Position numbers and translations under genes: made by a program. Under the pieces are notes generated by a model. That model searched no databases. It worked only from the letters and a program-made list of their open reading frames with translations, and was not told where the DNA came from. This document shows positions 10,067 through 19,459 of a stretch of 64,000 bases of DNA, one piece after another (position 1 is the stretch's first letter; every line of letters begins with the position of its first letter). The stretch lies in contig CAVUQF010000002.1 of assembly GCA_963743615.1 (NCBI GenBank), forward strand, positions 65,697-129,696, in the 5' to 3' direction. The DNA comes from an uncultured Nanoarchaeota archaeon (lineage in GTDB: Archaea; Nanobdellota; Nanobdellia; Pacearchaeales; GW2011-AR1).

Positions 10067-10339
10067 TCAATAAGAAACTGAGTTACTTGTAACAACCAAG
10101 ACAACTCCAATTATCATTAGAACAAGAAGAAGACCACTAATGATCAAGCCTACAATTGCAAATACTTTCCTTTCAGACCTAAGCCCGATTATAGAAAAAA
10201 TTACTCCTAATAAAATTGAAACAACTCCAACAAGCCCAAGCATAGGTACAAAACTAGTTAGTGCTATTAGAATCAAAGAGACTAGCCCAAAGACAAATCC
10301 CATGATCGCGAATTTACTCTTATCGGAACCCTTAGCCAT
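10067..10339 (-). CDS. small two-TM membrane protein
   Basis: 90 aa, with two long hydrophobic segments. Confidence 0.35.
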   Translation of the reverse strand: MAKGSDKSKFAIMGFVFGLVSLILIALTSFVPMLGLVGVVSILLGVIFSIIGLRSERKVFAIVGLIISGLLLVLMIIGVVLVVTSNSVSY

Positions 10340-10373
10340 TCTACGAAAAGCACTTTGGGTTTTATAAATTTTT

Positions 10374-10636
10374 TGTAGACTCGAAGGGTAGCTTTAGAAA
10401 TTGCTAAAAGATTTTCCTGCCCGTTCTCAACTCTGCACTCTATCAAGCACCTTAACAAATGTTTAGGGCTGCTCCGATCAAGGCCTGACCCGTTTCGCAT
10501 CTGCAAGATCGAGACAGACAAAGTCTCAACGTCTGGAACAGGGTCTTTTAACTCTCCCCTAACTTTCCCTTCTTGCAGTCTGCCATAAAGCCCTTTGGCA
10601 ATCAGCGGAGGGCTAACCCGCCAACCTAGTCTACGG
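10374..10636 (-). ncRNA. signal recognition particle RNA (7S/SRP RNA)
   Basis: The reverse strand contains GGGUCAGGCC...GGAGCAGCC, matching the SRP helix-8 motifs GGUCAGG and AGCAGCC. Terminal complementarity (GUAGACU / AGUCUAC) closes a ~260-nt structure. GC content is locally elevated. Confidence 0.55.
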
Positions 10637-10950
10637 AAGTAGATAATTGCTGTATTTTTAAGAGTTATGATTACAACAGTAGATAGGAAAGTACCAAAGT
10701 GGGCAAAACTTCTGGAATTTGACTGTTTAAAGCCTTGTTGATATTATATTCAAACATTCTTAGTGCAAGCACCTTTTGCTGTTCTCTTAAGTTTTTTATT
10801 CTGGATAATGTCTGGTTATTTTGCCTATACAAAGCTTGTTGTGCTAAGATTTTGACTTTTCTCTTGTTGTAATTCTTTCTCTTTTTTTCTAAGAGGTGCT
10901 CGTGATTGCTTGCCCAGTATTCTCTTTTTTGCTGGTTGTAATAATTTCTG

Positions 10951-11085
10951 TTATTTTCCCTCCAATTTGCCTGTGCCTGTTTTGATTATTAAAGCCAATA
11001 ATTCAGCATCGCTCAGCGCTTCCGGCCCCTTTTCTCTCAATCGTTCTCTGGGCCTATTATCTTCAGCAAAAGACTTAATTTTCAT
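10951..11085 (-). pseudogene. RadC (JAB/MPN) N-terminal fragment, truncated after 44 codons
   Basis: [40 protein letters not shown] matches the RadC N-terminal consensus RPRE(K/R)L...G...[11 protein letters not shown](R)TG. A stop follows, and no JAB domain is present in any frame. Confidence 0.45.
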
Positions 11086-11091
11086 AAAAAC

Positions 11092-11175
11092 TGCGGGAGA
11101 CAGGATTCGGACCTGCGCAGGCACTAAGCCACAGGATCTTAAGTCCTGCCCGTTTGACCACTCCGGCACCCCCGC
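11092..11175 (-). tRNA. tRNA-Leu (anticodon UAA)
   Basis: Cloverleaf with a 7-bp acceptor stem GCGGGGG/CCCGCA (one GU pair), anticodon arm CAGGA-CUUAAGA-UCCUG and a long variable arm. CCA is not encoded. Confidence 0.85.
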
Positions 11176-11227
11176 ATGGCTTTCACACATTAATTAGATT
11201 TAAAAAAGTTCTTATATTATTAAGGTA

Positions 11228-12943
11228 ATGTCAGATGATTCTGAAAAAAAAGAGATTATTGCGAGATCAATATTAGAGATTCTTAAGGGGGATAAGATAA
11301 ATTTGAAGGTTGATGAGATCCTGAAAAGAATAGAAACTCCTCCATCTCCAGAACTTGGAGATTTTGCATTTCCCTGTTTTTTTCTTGCTTCATTGTTAAA
11401 GGAAGATCCGAAAGACATAGCTTTGGAAATAAGGGAAGAAATTGGAAGCTTGAATGGGTTTAAGGATATACAAACTGAAGGGTCATACATAAATTTCTTT
11501 CTGGATAGGAAAAAACTTTCTGGAAATTTAATATCTGAAATTTTGTCTAAAAAAGATGATTTTGGTAAGCTAGATATTGGAAAAGGGAAAACAATTATGG
11601 TTGAATTTTCTCAGGCAAACACTCACAAGGCTTTCCATGTGGGTCATATTAGGGGGACATCGCTTGGAGAAAGTCTGTCAAGAATATCTGAATTTTGCGG
11701 AAACAAAGTAGTTAGGGCTAACTATCAGGGAGATAGCGGAATGCATGTAGCAAAATGGATCTGGTGTTATACTAAATACCATTCCCGGGAAAAATTGAAA
11801 GATGATGAGTCTTGGATAGCTTCCATCTATGTGGATGCGGTTAAGCGTCTTGAAAGAAATAAAAAATGGCAAGTGGAAGTTGATGATATCAACAAGAAAC
11901 TAGAATCTGGTGAAGATCAGAAATTAAATGAATTATGGAAAAAAACAAGGGAATTAAGCCTTCACTCTCTGGAAAAGATTTATTCTCAGTTGAATACACA
12001 CTTTGATGAATACTTTTTTGAAAAAGATATGGAAAGTAAGGGAAAAGAAATTGTTGAATCTATGTTAAAGAACAAGATTGCAAAAAAAAGTGAAGATGCT
12101 ATAATAATGGATTTGCAGAAATATAAATTGGGCGTATGGGTTCTTATAAGAAAAGATGGAACGATTTTATACTCTGCGAAAGATCTTGCCCTTGTTGAAA
12201 ATAAAACGGCAAAATATCCCGACTTAGATAAGCTAGTTTATGTAATTGCAAATGAGCAGGACTTGCATTTTAATCAATTAGTAAAAACGTTAGAATTGAT
12301 AGGATCTAAAAATTATAAAAATTTGTATCATGTTTCTTATGGAATGGTGAGGCTCCCAACTGGAAAAATGTCCTCACGTACCGGAAATAATATCCTTTAT
12401 TCGGATTTTTTGGAAGAAGTTGTATCGCATGCCCAAAAGGAGATAAAGAAACGTGAACCAAAAATAAAAAAAGAAAAATTAGAAGAGAGAGCTCTGAAGA
12501 TTTCCATTGCAGCAATAAAATATTCAATGTTGAAGCAGGGGGAGCAGAAAAATATTATCTTTGATGTCAAAGATTCTCTGAACTTTGAGGGAAATTCTGG
12601 AGCTTATATTTTGTACAGCTATGCAAGGGCGAATTCAATTCTTAAGAAGTCGAAGGTTGCAGGAAACCCAAATGTCTCAAGTTTGGAAAAAAAAGAAATT
12701 GATCTTGTAAAGGAACTATCTAAATTTCAGGAAGTATTGCTAAAATCTTATAATGACTTTAGTCCATCATACCTTGCAAATTATTCATACCAGCTTGCGC
12801 AGACTTTTAATGAGTTTTATCATTCTTGTCCCGTAATTAAGTCAAAGAAGGAAAGTTTCAGAATTGCACTTGTAGAAGCGTCCAAACAAATCCTAAAAAC
12901 TTCTCTATCTCTCTTGGGAATTGATGTTGTTGAAGAAATGTAG
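11228..12943 (+). CDS. argS: arginyl-tRNA synthetase
   Basis: HIGH-region FSQANTHKAFHVGHIRGTSLG. The DALR-type C-terminus ends in Met, as in ArgRS. Length is 571 aa. Confidence 0.9.
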   Translation: MSDDSEKKEIIARSILEILKGDKINLKVDEILKRIETPPSPELGDFAFPCFFLASLLKEDPKDIALEIREEIGSLNGFKDIQTEGSYINFFLDRKKLSGNLISEILSKKDDFGKLDIGKGKTIMVEFSQANTHKAFHVGHIRGTSLGESLSRISEFCGNKVVRANYQGDSGMHVAKWIWCYTKYHSREKLKDDESWIASIYVDAVKRLERNKKWQVEVDDINKKLESGEDQKLNELWKKTRELSLHSLEKIYSQLNTHFDEYFFEKDMESKGKEIVESMLKNKIAKKSEDAIIMDLQKYKLGVWVLIRKDGTILYSAKDLALVENKTAKYPDLDKLVYVIANEQDLHFNQLVKTLELIGSKNYKNLYHVSYGMVRLPTGKMSSRTGNNILYSDFLEEVVSHAQKEIKKREPKIKKEKLEERALKISIAAIKYSMLKQGEQKNIIFDVKDSLNFEGNSGAYILYSYARANSILKKSKVAGNPNVSSLEKKEIDLVKELSKFQEVLLKSYNDFSPSYLANYSYQLAQTFNEFYHSCPVIKSKKESFRIALVEASKQILKTSLSLLGIDVVEEM

Positions 12944-12945
12944 TT

Positions 12946-13809
12946 TTATTTTACCGGCTTTAAGTCTTTCCAAGCGAGCTCAAAGAATTGTTCCAATGCC
13001 TGAGCGAAGAATTCTGTATTTATCCAAACACCCACATCATAACTGGGGTGGAACTTTTCATCATCAAGAAGCATAAACATCAGCTGATTTGAATCAATTA
13101 TGACAAATCTTGCTCTTATGTTCTCTAAATTTCTTATTTCTGCTAACTTTTTGAATTCTCTTGCGACGGAAATATTATTGCTGTCAATTGGTGCTGCAAC
13201 TCTTATCTTAATTCCTCTCTTATTTGCTTTCTCAAGACTAGGCATAAGTGCTTCCCATTTCCTATTAATTCCTTCATGTGTTGTTACAATTGTGACACTC
13301 TTTTCTGCGCTTCTAATCATCATATCCAACTGATTGTACAAATTCTCTCTGCCTCTTAAACTTCCGGAAAGTTCGGAAGGTTCAACAAACTTTACTCCTT
13401 TCGTGAAAAGATTATTAAGCTCTCCAAGAACTTCATCATCCTTTAATGTTTCAAGCCTTTGCAATCTTTCTTTAGTATGAGCTGTCAGGTTTCTCTTAAC
13501 TCTCTCAACAACTTCATCTGGTTTTATTGCAACAAATTTAATTGGCTTTCCAAGTTTCATAACAATGAATCCCTTTTTCTCCAGACTCTCTAAAATATCA
13601 TATGTTCTGCTTCTTGGGACTCCAGAAATATTACTTAATTCTCCTGCAGTGCTATTTCCTCTTGAAAGGATGGCCGCCCAGACTTTTACTTCATAAAGAT
13701 TTAGATCAAATATCTTCCTCAGTCTGCTCAAAAATTCATCCTTTACTATCATTATTTTTTCGACACCTTTTTTATTTTTAAATATTGTTATATTAGAGGA
13801 ATGAAACAA
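12946..13809 (-). CDS. trmB: TrmB-family transcriptional regulator
   Basis: N-terminal wHTH LYEVKVWAAILSRGNSTAGELSNISGVPRSRTYDILESLEKKGFV. The likely true start is the internal Met at ~13752. Confidence 0.75.
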   Translation of the reverse strand: MFHSSNITIFKNKKGVEKIMIVKDEFLSRLRKIFDLNLYEVKVWAAILSRGNSTAGELSNISGVPRSRTYDILESLEKKGFIVMKLGKPIKFVAIKPDEVVERVKRNLTAHTKERLQRLETLKDDEVLGELNNLFTKGVKFVEPSELSGSLRGRENLYNQLDMMIRSAEKSVTIVTTHEGINRKWEALMPSLEKANKRGIKIRVAAPIDSNNISVAREFKKLAEIRNLENIRARFVIIDSNQLMFMLLDDEKFHPSYDVGVWINTEFFAQALEQFFELAWKDLKPVK

Positions 13810-13828
13810 TTAAATTACTAATCAGTAG

Positions 13829-16648
13829 TTATTTTTTGATTATCGCAATTTCCCCTTTTTTATCTTTGATTTCAAAGCCCATTTTATTTTTAAATCTTTC
13901 CTTGTCAGTTGTAACAATATTCAGCTCATCTGAATTTGTCCTTTCTTTTATGGTATCTTTCTCGGAATTAAGCATTTTTTTGAATTTTTCATCGGTTATT
14001 ATGTACGTTTTGACTTTATCCCCTTTATTTAACCCCAAATTTTTTCTAAATGACTGGATTTGTCTTGATATTTCTCTTGCAAACCCTTCCGCTTCCAATT
14101 TAGGAGTGATTTTTGTGTCAAATTCTATTTCAATTTGTTTTTTATTCTTAAGTTCAATCTTTTTCACATTCAACTGCCTCAAAATTATTTCCAAAATATC
14201 TTTGTCGAATTTTTCAGGGCAGGAAATTATTGCCTTTGCAAGGGGCCATTTTAATCCGATTTGAATCTTGTCTCTTTCTGAAAGGCCTTTTTCAATTATA
14301 TCAAACATCTTCAGGAACTTCTCTTCAAGTTGAGAATCAATCTTTTCTTTGTCATATTTTGGGAAAGAAGAGAGGTGAACAGACTCCTCTTTGACAATTT
14401 TCTTATCTCTAAACTTCTGCCATACATACTCGGTCATGAATGGCGAGATAGGAGCTAGCATTTTTAGCAAGGTAAGATAGACCTCTTTAACAGCAAATTG
14501 TGCAGATTTATCATCAGAAGACATCCTGTCTCTAACGAATTGGATATATTTTCTGCTAAGATCATTTATCCAAAAATCTTGTAACGCTCTTGTTGCAAGA
14601 TGAGGGTGCAGATTCTCCATTTCTTCAGTGAATTTTTTGATAAGAGAGTTTAATCTAGAGATGATCCATCTGTCCTCTATGCTCTTAGTTTTTGTTTCTT
14701 TGAGGTCTACAACGAGATTGCTAAGATTGTAGAATATGTTAAGATTGTTTGTAGGTTCTTTGACAACATTATATCCAAATCTTAGTTCTTGGCTAGGATC
14801 TTGCAGGCAATAGAGTAGCCTCATCGGATCTGCACCCATTTTTTCAACAGCATCATTGAACCAAATGGCATTTCCTTTGCTTTTGTGCATTTCATTTCCC
14901 TTTTCATCTTTCAAAGTTTCATATCCGAAAAGAGACTTGAATGGAACTTTTCCGGTTATTGCAACACTGGCCCACATCAATGCATTAAACCATCCTCTTG
15001 ACTGCCCGGGCATGCTTTCGGAAATTAAATCTGCAGGGAACCACTTTTTCCAGTATTCTCTGTCATTAAGGTAGTTTAAGGTTGAAAACGGAACAATTCC
15101 CGCATCAAGCCATGCGTCGCCAACGTCTTTTATTCTCTCTACTTCTTTTCCGCAGTTCTTGCATTTTACTTTTATTTCATCTATCCAAGGTCTGTGTATT
15201 TCTTTAAGATTGTCAACTTTCTTTTTATCGATTGCATTTTCTCTCAATTCTTTAAGACTTCCCGCCACAAAAATCTCTCCGCACTTGCATTCCCATATAG
15301 GAAGAGGTAATCCCCAGTATCTTTCTCTTGAGATAAGCCAATCCCCCATGTTCTTGAACCATTCTTCCTGCCTAACCTTACCATATTCAGGATACCATTT
15401 TACTTTTCTGTTCTCTTCGATAAGTGTTTTTCTTATCTCATCACATTTTATATACCACTCGCTAACTAATCTGAAAACTAATTCCTCCCCACATCTCCAG
15501 CAGTGGGGATATCTGTGTTTGTAGGGAACTATCTTGTAGACGAATCCTCTCTTTTCAAGGTCTGCCAGAACTTCTTTGCTAACTTCAGAATATTTTTTGT
15601 CGCTGAAACTCCCAAATCCCAAAGAATAAGTTCCTGCTTCATCTAATGGAGAGATCATATTCAATCCAAGTTCCTTTCCCAGTTCGTAATCTTCTGCTCC
15701 GCATCCTGGAGCTATATGAACAATTCCTGTTCCCTCTTCTTCAGAAGCCAGTTCCCATAATACTACTTTATGAGCCGATTTTTTTTGCTCTGTAAAATTA
15801 TTATAAGGCATTTCATATTTTATTCCTTCAAGCATTTTTCCTTTCTTTTTTTCTATAATTCTTGGACTTTCCGTCAATTCGCTCAGCCTTTTTTCGGCAA
15901 TCCAATAAAATTTGCCTCCTTGCTCAACTTTTACGTAATCAATGTCTTTATTTACCGCAATTGCGACATTTGCGGGAACCGTCCAGGGGGTAGTTGTAAA
16001 AATTAAGAAATATTCTCCTTCCTTTCCCTTTACAGGGAATCTCATAAACAAGGCAGAATGTGTAACTTCCTTGTATCCCTCTGTAACAATATCATGCTTT
16101 GAACTTGCCGTCCCGCATCTCCAGCACCAAGGCACTGCATCTTTTCCCCTGTATAATAATCCCTTGTCATTATAAGTTTTTATTAAAAACCAATTATGAA
16201 GATTATTATTGTCAGTCATGGTATAATAAGAGTTGTTCCAATCCATCCACTGCCCCAGTCTTATTGACTGCTCCATCTGTATCTTCGAGAATTTTTCCAC
16301 TCTTTTTTTGCAGGAATTGACGAAATTTAATATTCCAAATTTCTCAATATCTGATTTATCTTTCAATCCTAGATCTTTTTCCTCTTCCCTCTCGACCCAC
16401 AATCCTTGGCAATCAAAACCATTTTGGAATCTCTGATCGTATCCCTGCATAGCCTTGAATCTCTGGAATAGATCTTTGTAAGTCCTTCCCCATGCATGAT
16501 GAACCCCCATGGGGTTATTTGCAGTTATGGGACCGTCGATAAAGCTGAATCTCTTCCCGCCTTTATTCTTTTCTTTGAGATTTTCAAATGTTTTGTTCTC
16601 CTCCCAAAACTTAAGCGTGTTTTCTTCGACTTCTTTGAAATTATACAT
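13829..16648 (-). CDS. ileS: isoleucyl-tRNA synthetase (compact form)
   Basis: GFDCQGLWVE resembles IleRS GWDCHGLPIE. The editing domain carries TTTPWTVPANVAIAV, and there are Zn-finger CWRCG motifs and KMSKS-like HKSKGN. The HIGH region is atypical (GVHHAW). Valyl-tRNA synthetase (ValRS) is not fully excluded. Confidence 0.75.
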   Translation of the reverse strand: MYNFKEVEENTLKFWEENKTFENLKEKNKGGKRFSFIDGPITANNPMGVHHAWGRTYKDLFQRFKAMQGYDQRFQNGFDCQGLWVEREEEKDLGLKDKSDIEKFGILNFVNSCKKRVEKFSKIQMEQSIRLGQWMDWNNSYYTMTDNNNLHNWFLIKTYNDKGLLYRGKDAVPWCWRCGTASSKHDIVTEGYKEVTHSALFMRFPVKGKEGEYFLIFTTTPWTVPANVAIAVNKDIDYVKVEQGGKFYWIAEKRLSELTESPRIIEKKKGKMLEGIKYEMPYNNFTEQKKSAHKVVLWELASEEEGTGIVHIAPGCGAEDYELGKELGLNMISPLDEAGTYSLGFGSFSDKKYSEVSKEVLADLEKRGFVYKIVPYKHRYPHCWRCGEELVFRLVSEWYIKCDEIRKTLIEENRKVKWYPEYGKVRQEEWFKNMGDWLISRERYWGLPLPIWECKCGEIFVAGSLKELRENAIDKKKVDNLKEIHRPWIDEIKVKCKNCGKEVERIKDVGDAWLDAGIVPFSTLNYLNDREYWKKWFPADLISESMPGQSRGWFNALMWASVAITGKVPFKSLFGYETLKDEKGNEMHKSKGNAIWFNDAVEKMGADPMRLLYCLQDPSQELRFGYNVVKEPTNNLNIFYNLSNLVVDLKETKTKSIEDRWIISRLNSLIKKFTEEMENLHPHLATRALQDFWINDLSRKYIQFVRDRMSSDDKSAQFAVKEVYLTLLKMLAPISPFMTEYVWQKFRDKKIVKEESVHLSSFPKYDKEKIDSQLEEKFLKMFDIIEKGLSERDKIQIGLKWPLAKAIISCPEKFDKDILEIILRQLNVKKIELKNKKQIEIEFDTKITPKLEAEGFAREISRQIQSFRKNLGLNKGDKVKTYIITDEKFKKMLNSEKDTIKERTNSDELNIVTTDKERFKNKMGFEIKDKKGEIAIIKK

Positions 16649-16671
16649 TTTAATTATTGGTATATTGACTT

Positions 16672-17397
16672 TTAAATTTTTTTAATCTGATATTTTTCCA
16701 AAACTTCTTCCTCAATAAAATGAAGTTTTCCCGGAATTATAAAACAAAAAGGGGCTTTTATATTTTTATCAGTTACATCATCTACTTTGCCGTAAATAAT
16801 CTTCGTCTTGTCTGTTCCTAAATTGGAGCAGACCAGAATTCTCACAAGATTTAGTTCATATTCCTCTGCAGATTCTTTCAATTCTTTCAAAGCATCTTCA
16901 AATTTTAATCCAATATCTACAAGAACGAGGCTGTGGGCATCTATGGATAGATTCTGCTTTATATTTTCAACAAAACTTTTGGGTTTAAAGTTTCCGCTCC
17001 ACTTCGGAATGCTTGATATTTTTCCAAATTTGTATAATTGCAGGCCCGTCTCAGCAACAGCGTCGATAATCGAGGCATTGTAAATAATTTTATATTTTAT
17101 CTTTTTCTTCATTGTATCTTGGATCAAAGAGATATGTGTCGTGGCAGTCAGCGGGCTTCCGTAGATTAGCAATGCAATATCATCTTTTTTTGCTTCGTCG
17201 ACTATCTTTAAACTCTCCAAGAATTCTCTGCCTGCGGGTAATATCTTTTTTTTAATTACTTTTTCAAGTTTTTTTATGGAGTATGGAAAGTTAACAGTGT
17301 AATTATCAAGGTAGATTTTTTTACATTTACTGATTATTTCGCTAGACTTTCTTGATATTGAGTTATAATCTAGACCTAATCCGATCAAATACAGCAT
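16672..17397 (-). CDS. dph5: diphthine synthase
   Basis: N-terminus MLYLIGLGL, of the tetrapyrrole-methylase type, 241 aa. It matches the Dph5 consensus. Confidence 0.8.
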   Translation of the reverse strand: MLYLIGLGLDYNSISRKSSEIISKCKKIYLDNYTVNFPYSIKKLEKVIKKKILPAGREFLESLKIVDEAKKDDIALLIYGSPLTATTHISLIQDTMKKKIKYKIIYNASIIDAVAETGLQLYKFGKISSIPKWSGNFKPKSFVENIKQNLSIDAHSLVLVDIGLKFEDALKELKESAEEYELNLVRILVCSNLGTDKTKIIYGKVDDVTDKNIKAPFCFIIPGKLHFIEEEVLEKYQIKKI

Positions 17398-17629
17398 GTT
17401 TTATCGACTAGGTTTATATTTATTAATCTATACATTTTTATTTTTTGGAAAAAAGCGATAAATATAAAAATACTTTTTTATTAGTGTAATAATAAAAACG
17501 AGGTGGAGAATATGCCAGCAAAGAAAAAAAAGAAGAAATAGGATCTCTCTAATATTAGTTCAAGATGGAACTAAAATCCAATTCTAAAAAACATCTTGAT
17601 TTTCAAGTATTTATTAACCATTTTTATTT

Positions 17630-17878
17630 TTACTCTTTCTTATCTTTTTTCAGGCTCCCGTTCGTAACTGTAGTAAAAAACAGGAAGGTGAAGAAGAGAG
17701 CATCATTTCTGAATATCAAAGTTATGACTGCCCCGACGAGGGATACTATAATTATCAACTTAAACCAGAGCTGTCCTCCTTTATTTTCATCTTTTGTCAG
17801 ATTTGAAAGGATAATTCCTATGGGAAAGCCCAAGATTAGAACAAATATTCCAATCAAAATTGTATAAATCTGGTTCAT
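17630..17878 (-). CDS. small membrane protein
   Basis: 82 aa with two TM helices. It lies in a ~540-bp AT-rich intergenic region. Confidence 0.3.
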   Translation of the reverse strand: MNQIYTILIGIFVLILGFPIGIILSNLTKDENKGGQLWFKLIIIVSLVGAVITLIFRNDALFFTFLFFTTVTNGSLKKDKKE

Positions 17879-17939
17879 ATAAACTGTAAGTTCATAATAT
17901 ATTTAAATCTTTAAAGGCAATTTTATCCATAATTTTACA

Positions 17940-18773
17940 ATGGATTATCAAAAATTTTTAATAGTTGCAAGCAAAAAAGATAAAGCGGGGATTAATATCA
18001 CAACCCGCCTTTCTCAGTTCAGGGAGAACCCTATGCTTTCTTCAATGAAGCAGCAGTCTGGATTTGATTTTTATCTGGTTGAGGAGGAAATAATTTATAC
18101 AGAGAACCTAAATCTTGAGAAAATAAATAAATATGATTTTATCATATTTGCTTCAAGGCACAGTTCTGAGAAAAACGAGAAAACTCTTTCAGTTCATGCC
18201 CCGGGAAACTGGAGAAAGGCTGATTTGGGAGGAAAAGAAGGAAAAATTTGCCGAACTTCTGCTCTTTTTGAAAAACAACTGTTTGAGAACTTAAACAAGA
18301 ATACAAAACAATACGGTTTGGATAAGGATTATGCAGTGACTCTTGAAGCTACTCACCATGGTCCTCTCATTGATAAGCCCTGCATTTTTATTGAAATTGG
18401 GGCTACAGAAACAGAATGGAACGATAGAAGAGCGGGTTTTGTGGTTGCAAAAACAATTGATGATACAATAAAGACTTACAAAGAGAATCCATATAATGAA
18501 GTTGCCATTGCAATAGGGGGGCCTCATTACTGCCCTAGTTTCAACAAAATACAATCCAGCTCAAACATTGCCATTTCTCATACAATCCCGAGATATTCTT
18601 TACCTTTATCAGAAGAGATGATAAAAGAGGCAATACAGAAAACAGAGGAAGAGATTGATTTCGTTCTTCTTGATTGGAAAGGGATAGGTAATGAATCTGA
18701 AAGAAAGAGGATACTTGAAATTCTTGAAAGATGGTATCTTCAGTACAAAAAAATAAGCGATATTAAGAAATAA
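17940..18773 (+). CDS. dtdA: D-aminoacyl-tRNA deacylase, archaeal type (DtdA/DTD2)
   Basis: Motifs FASRHSSEK, HAPGNW, EATHHGP and FIEIGATETEW match the archaeal DTD2 family. Confidence 0.8.
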   Translation: MDYQKFLIVASKKDKAGINITTRLSQFRENPMLSSMKQQSGFDFYLVEEEIIYTENLNLEKINKYDFIIFASRHSSEKNEKTLSVHAPGNWRKADLGGKEGKICRTSALFEKQLFENLNKNTKQYGLDKDYAVTLEATHHGPLIDKPCIFIEIGATETEWNDRRAGFVVAKTIDDTIKTYKENPYNEVAIAIGGPHYCPSFNKIQSSSNIAISHTIPRYSLPLSEEMIKEAIQKTEEEIDFVLLDWKGIGNESERKRILEILERWYLQYKKISDIKK

Positions 18774-18799
18774 CTTTTACAAACATTTATATAATTTTT

Positions 18800-19417
18800 T
18801 TGCATAATCTTATAATGGACCCCGTCCCCGATAAGAACTTGAAAGATAAGATTTCTGCGCTAGATCCGCAATTCCGAGAAAAAATAAGCAAGATGTTTGA
18901 AGCTATGCATCAGTCGATTGACCTGCTTTATGATGCTGCGATTCATGATGAAAAGACGGGATTGTATAATCATAAATTCTTTGATACTGTTATTGATATG
19001 GAAATAGAGAAGGCAGAGAGAAAAAAGGAGAAGCTTTCTTTGGTCATGATTGATATAGACCATTTTAAAAAAATAAATGATACTTACGGGCATCTAAAAG
19101 CTGATGAGATGCTTGCCAAGCTTGCAAAAGTTTTGATGAACTGTGCAAGGAAGTCTGATGTTGTTGCAAGATTTGGCGGAGAAGAATTTTTTATACTGCT
19201 TCCCGAAACACAGATAGAAAAAGCAAAAAAATTTGCATCTAGACTAAAAACTGCAATTCACAGAGATGTTTTTCTAAAAAAATACAAGCTCACGGTAAGC
19301 GGGGGCATAACTCAATTTAAAGCAAAGGATGACAAGGCAAGATTTAAGGAGAGGGCGGACAGGGCATTGTACAAGGCAAAAGAGGGCGGTCGTGACAGGT
19401 TCGAGGTTTTGAAATAA
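18800..19417 (+). CDS. GGDEF-domain diguanylate cyclase with an intact GGEEF site
   Basis: KTGLYNHKFFD...LVMIDIDHFKKINDTYGHLKADEMLAKLAKVL...ARFGGEEFFILLPET...TVSGGIT...ADRALYKAKEGGRDRF. A-site and I-site-like motifs are both present. Confidence 0.8.
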   Translation: MHNLIMDPVPDKNLKDKISALDPQFREKISKMFEAMHQSIDLLYDAAIHDEKTGLYNHKFFDTVIDMEIEKAERKKEKLSLVMIDIDHFKKINDTYGHLKADEMLAKLAKVLMNCARKSDVVARFGGEEFFILLPETQIEKAKKFASRLKTAIHRDVFLKKYKLTVSGGITQFKAKDDKARFKERADRALYKAKEGGRDRFEVLK

Positions 19418-19459
19418 TTTTTCAATAAAAATATAAATCCATTTTACGAATATAAATTA

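Noticed and set aside
10282-10521. A 79-aa ORF on the minus strand
   Set aside because: It lies wholly inside the predicted SRP RNA. The GC-rich structured RNA yields a chance open frame.
10951-11190. A 79-aa ORF ([34 protein letters not shown]...)
   Set aside because: Its N-terminal half is simply the translation of the tRNA-Leu gene on the same strand. Only the distal 44 codons (the RadC fragment) look protein-like.
13829-16648. An alternative call of valyl- or leucyl-tRNA synthetase (ValRS/LeuRS)
   Set aside because: The editing-domain motif TTTPWT and the GFDCQGL motif fit IleRS best. The HIGH region is atypical, so confidence was reduced rather than the call changed.
17510-17540. A tiny ORF, MPAKKKKKK
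   Set aside because: It is a poly-A tract artefact in a long AT-rich intergenic region.
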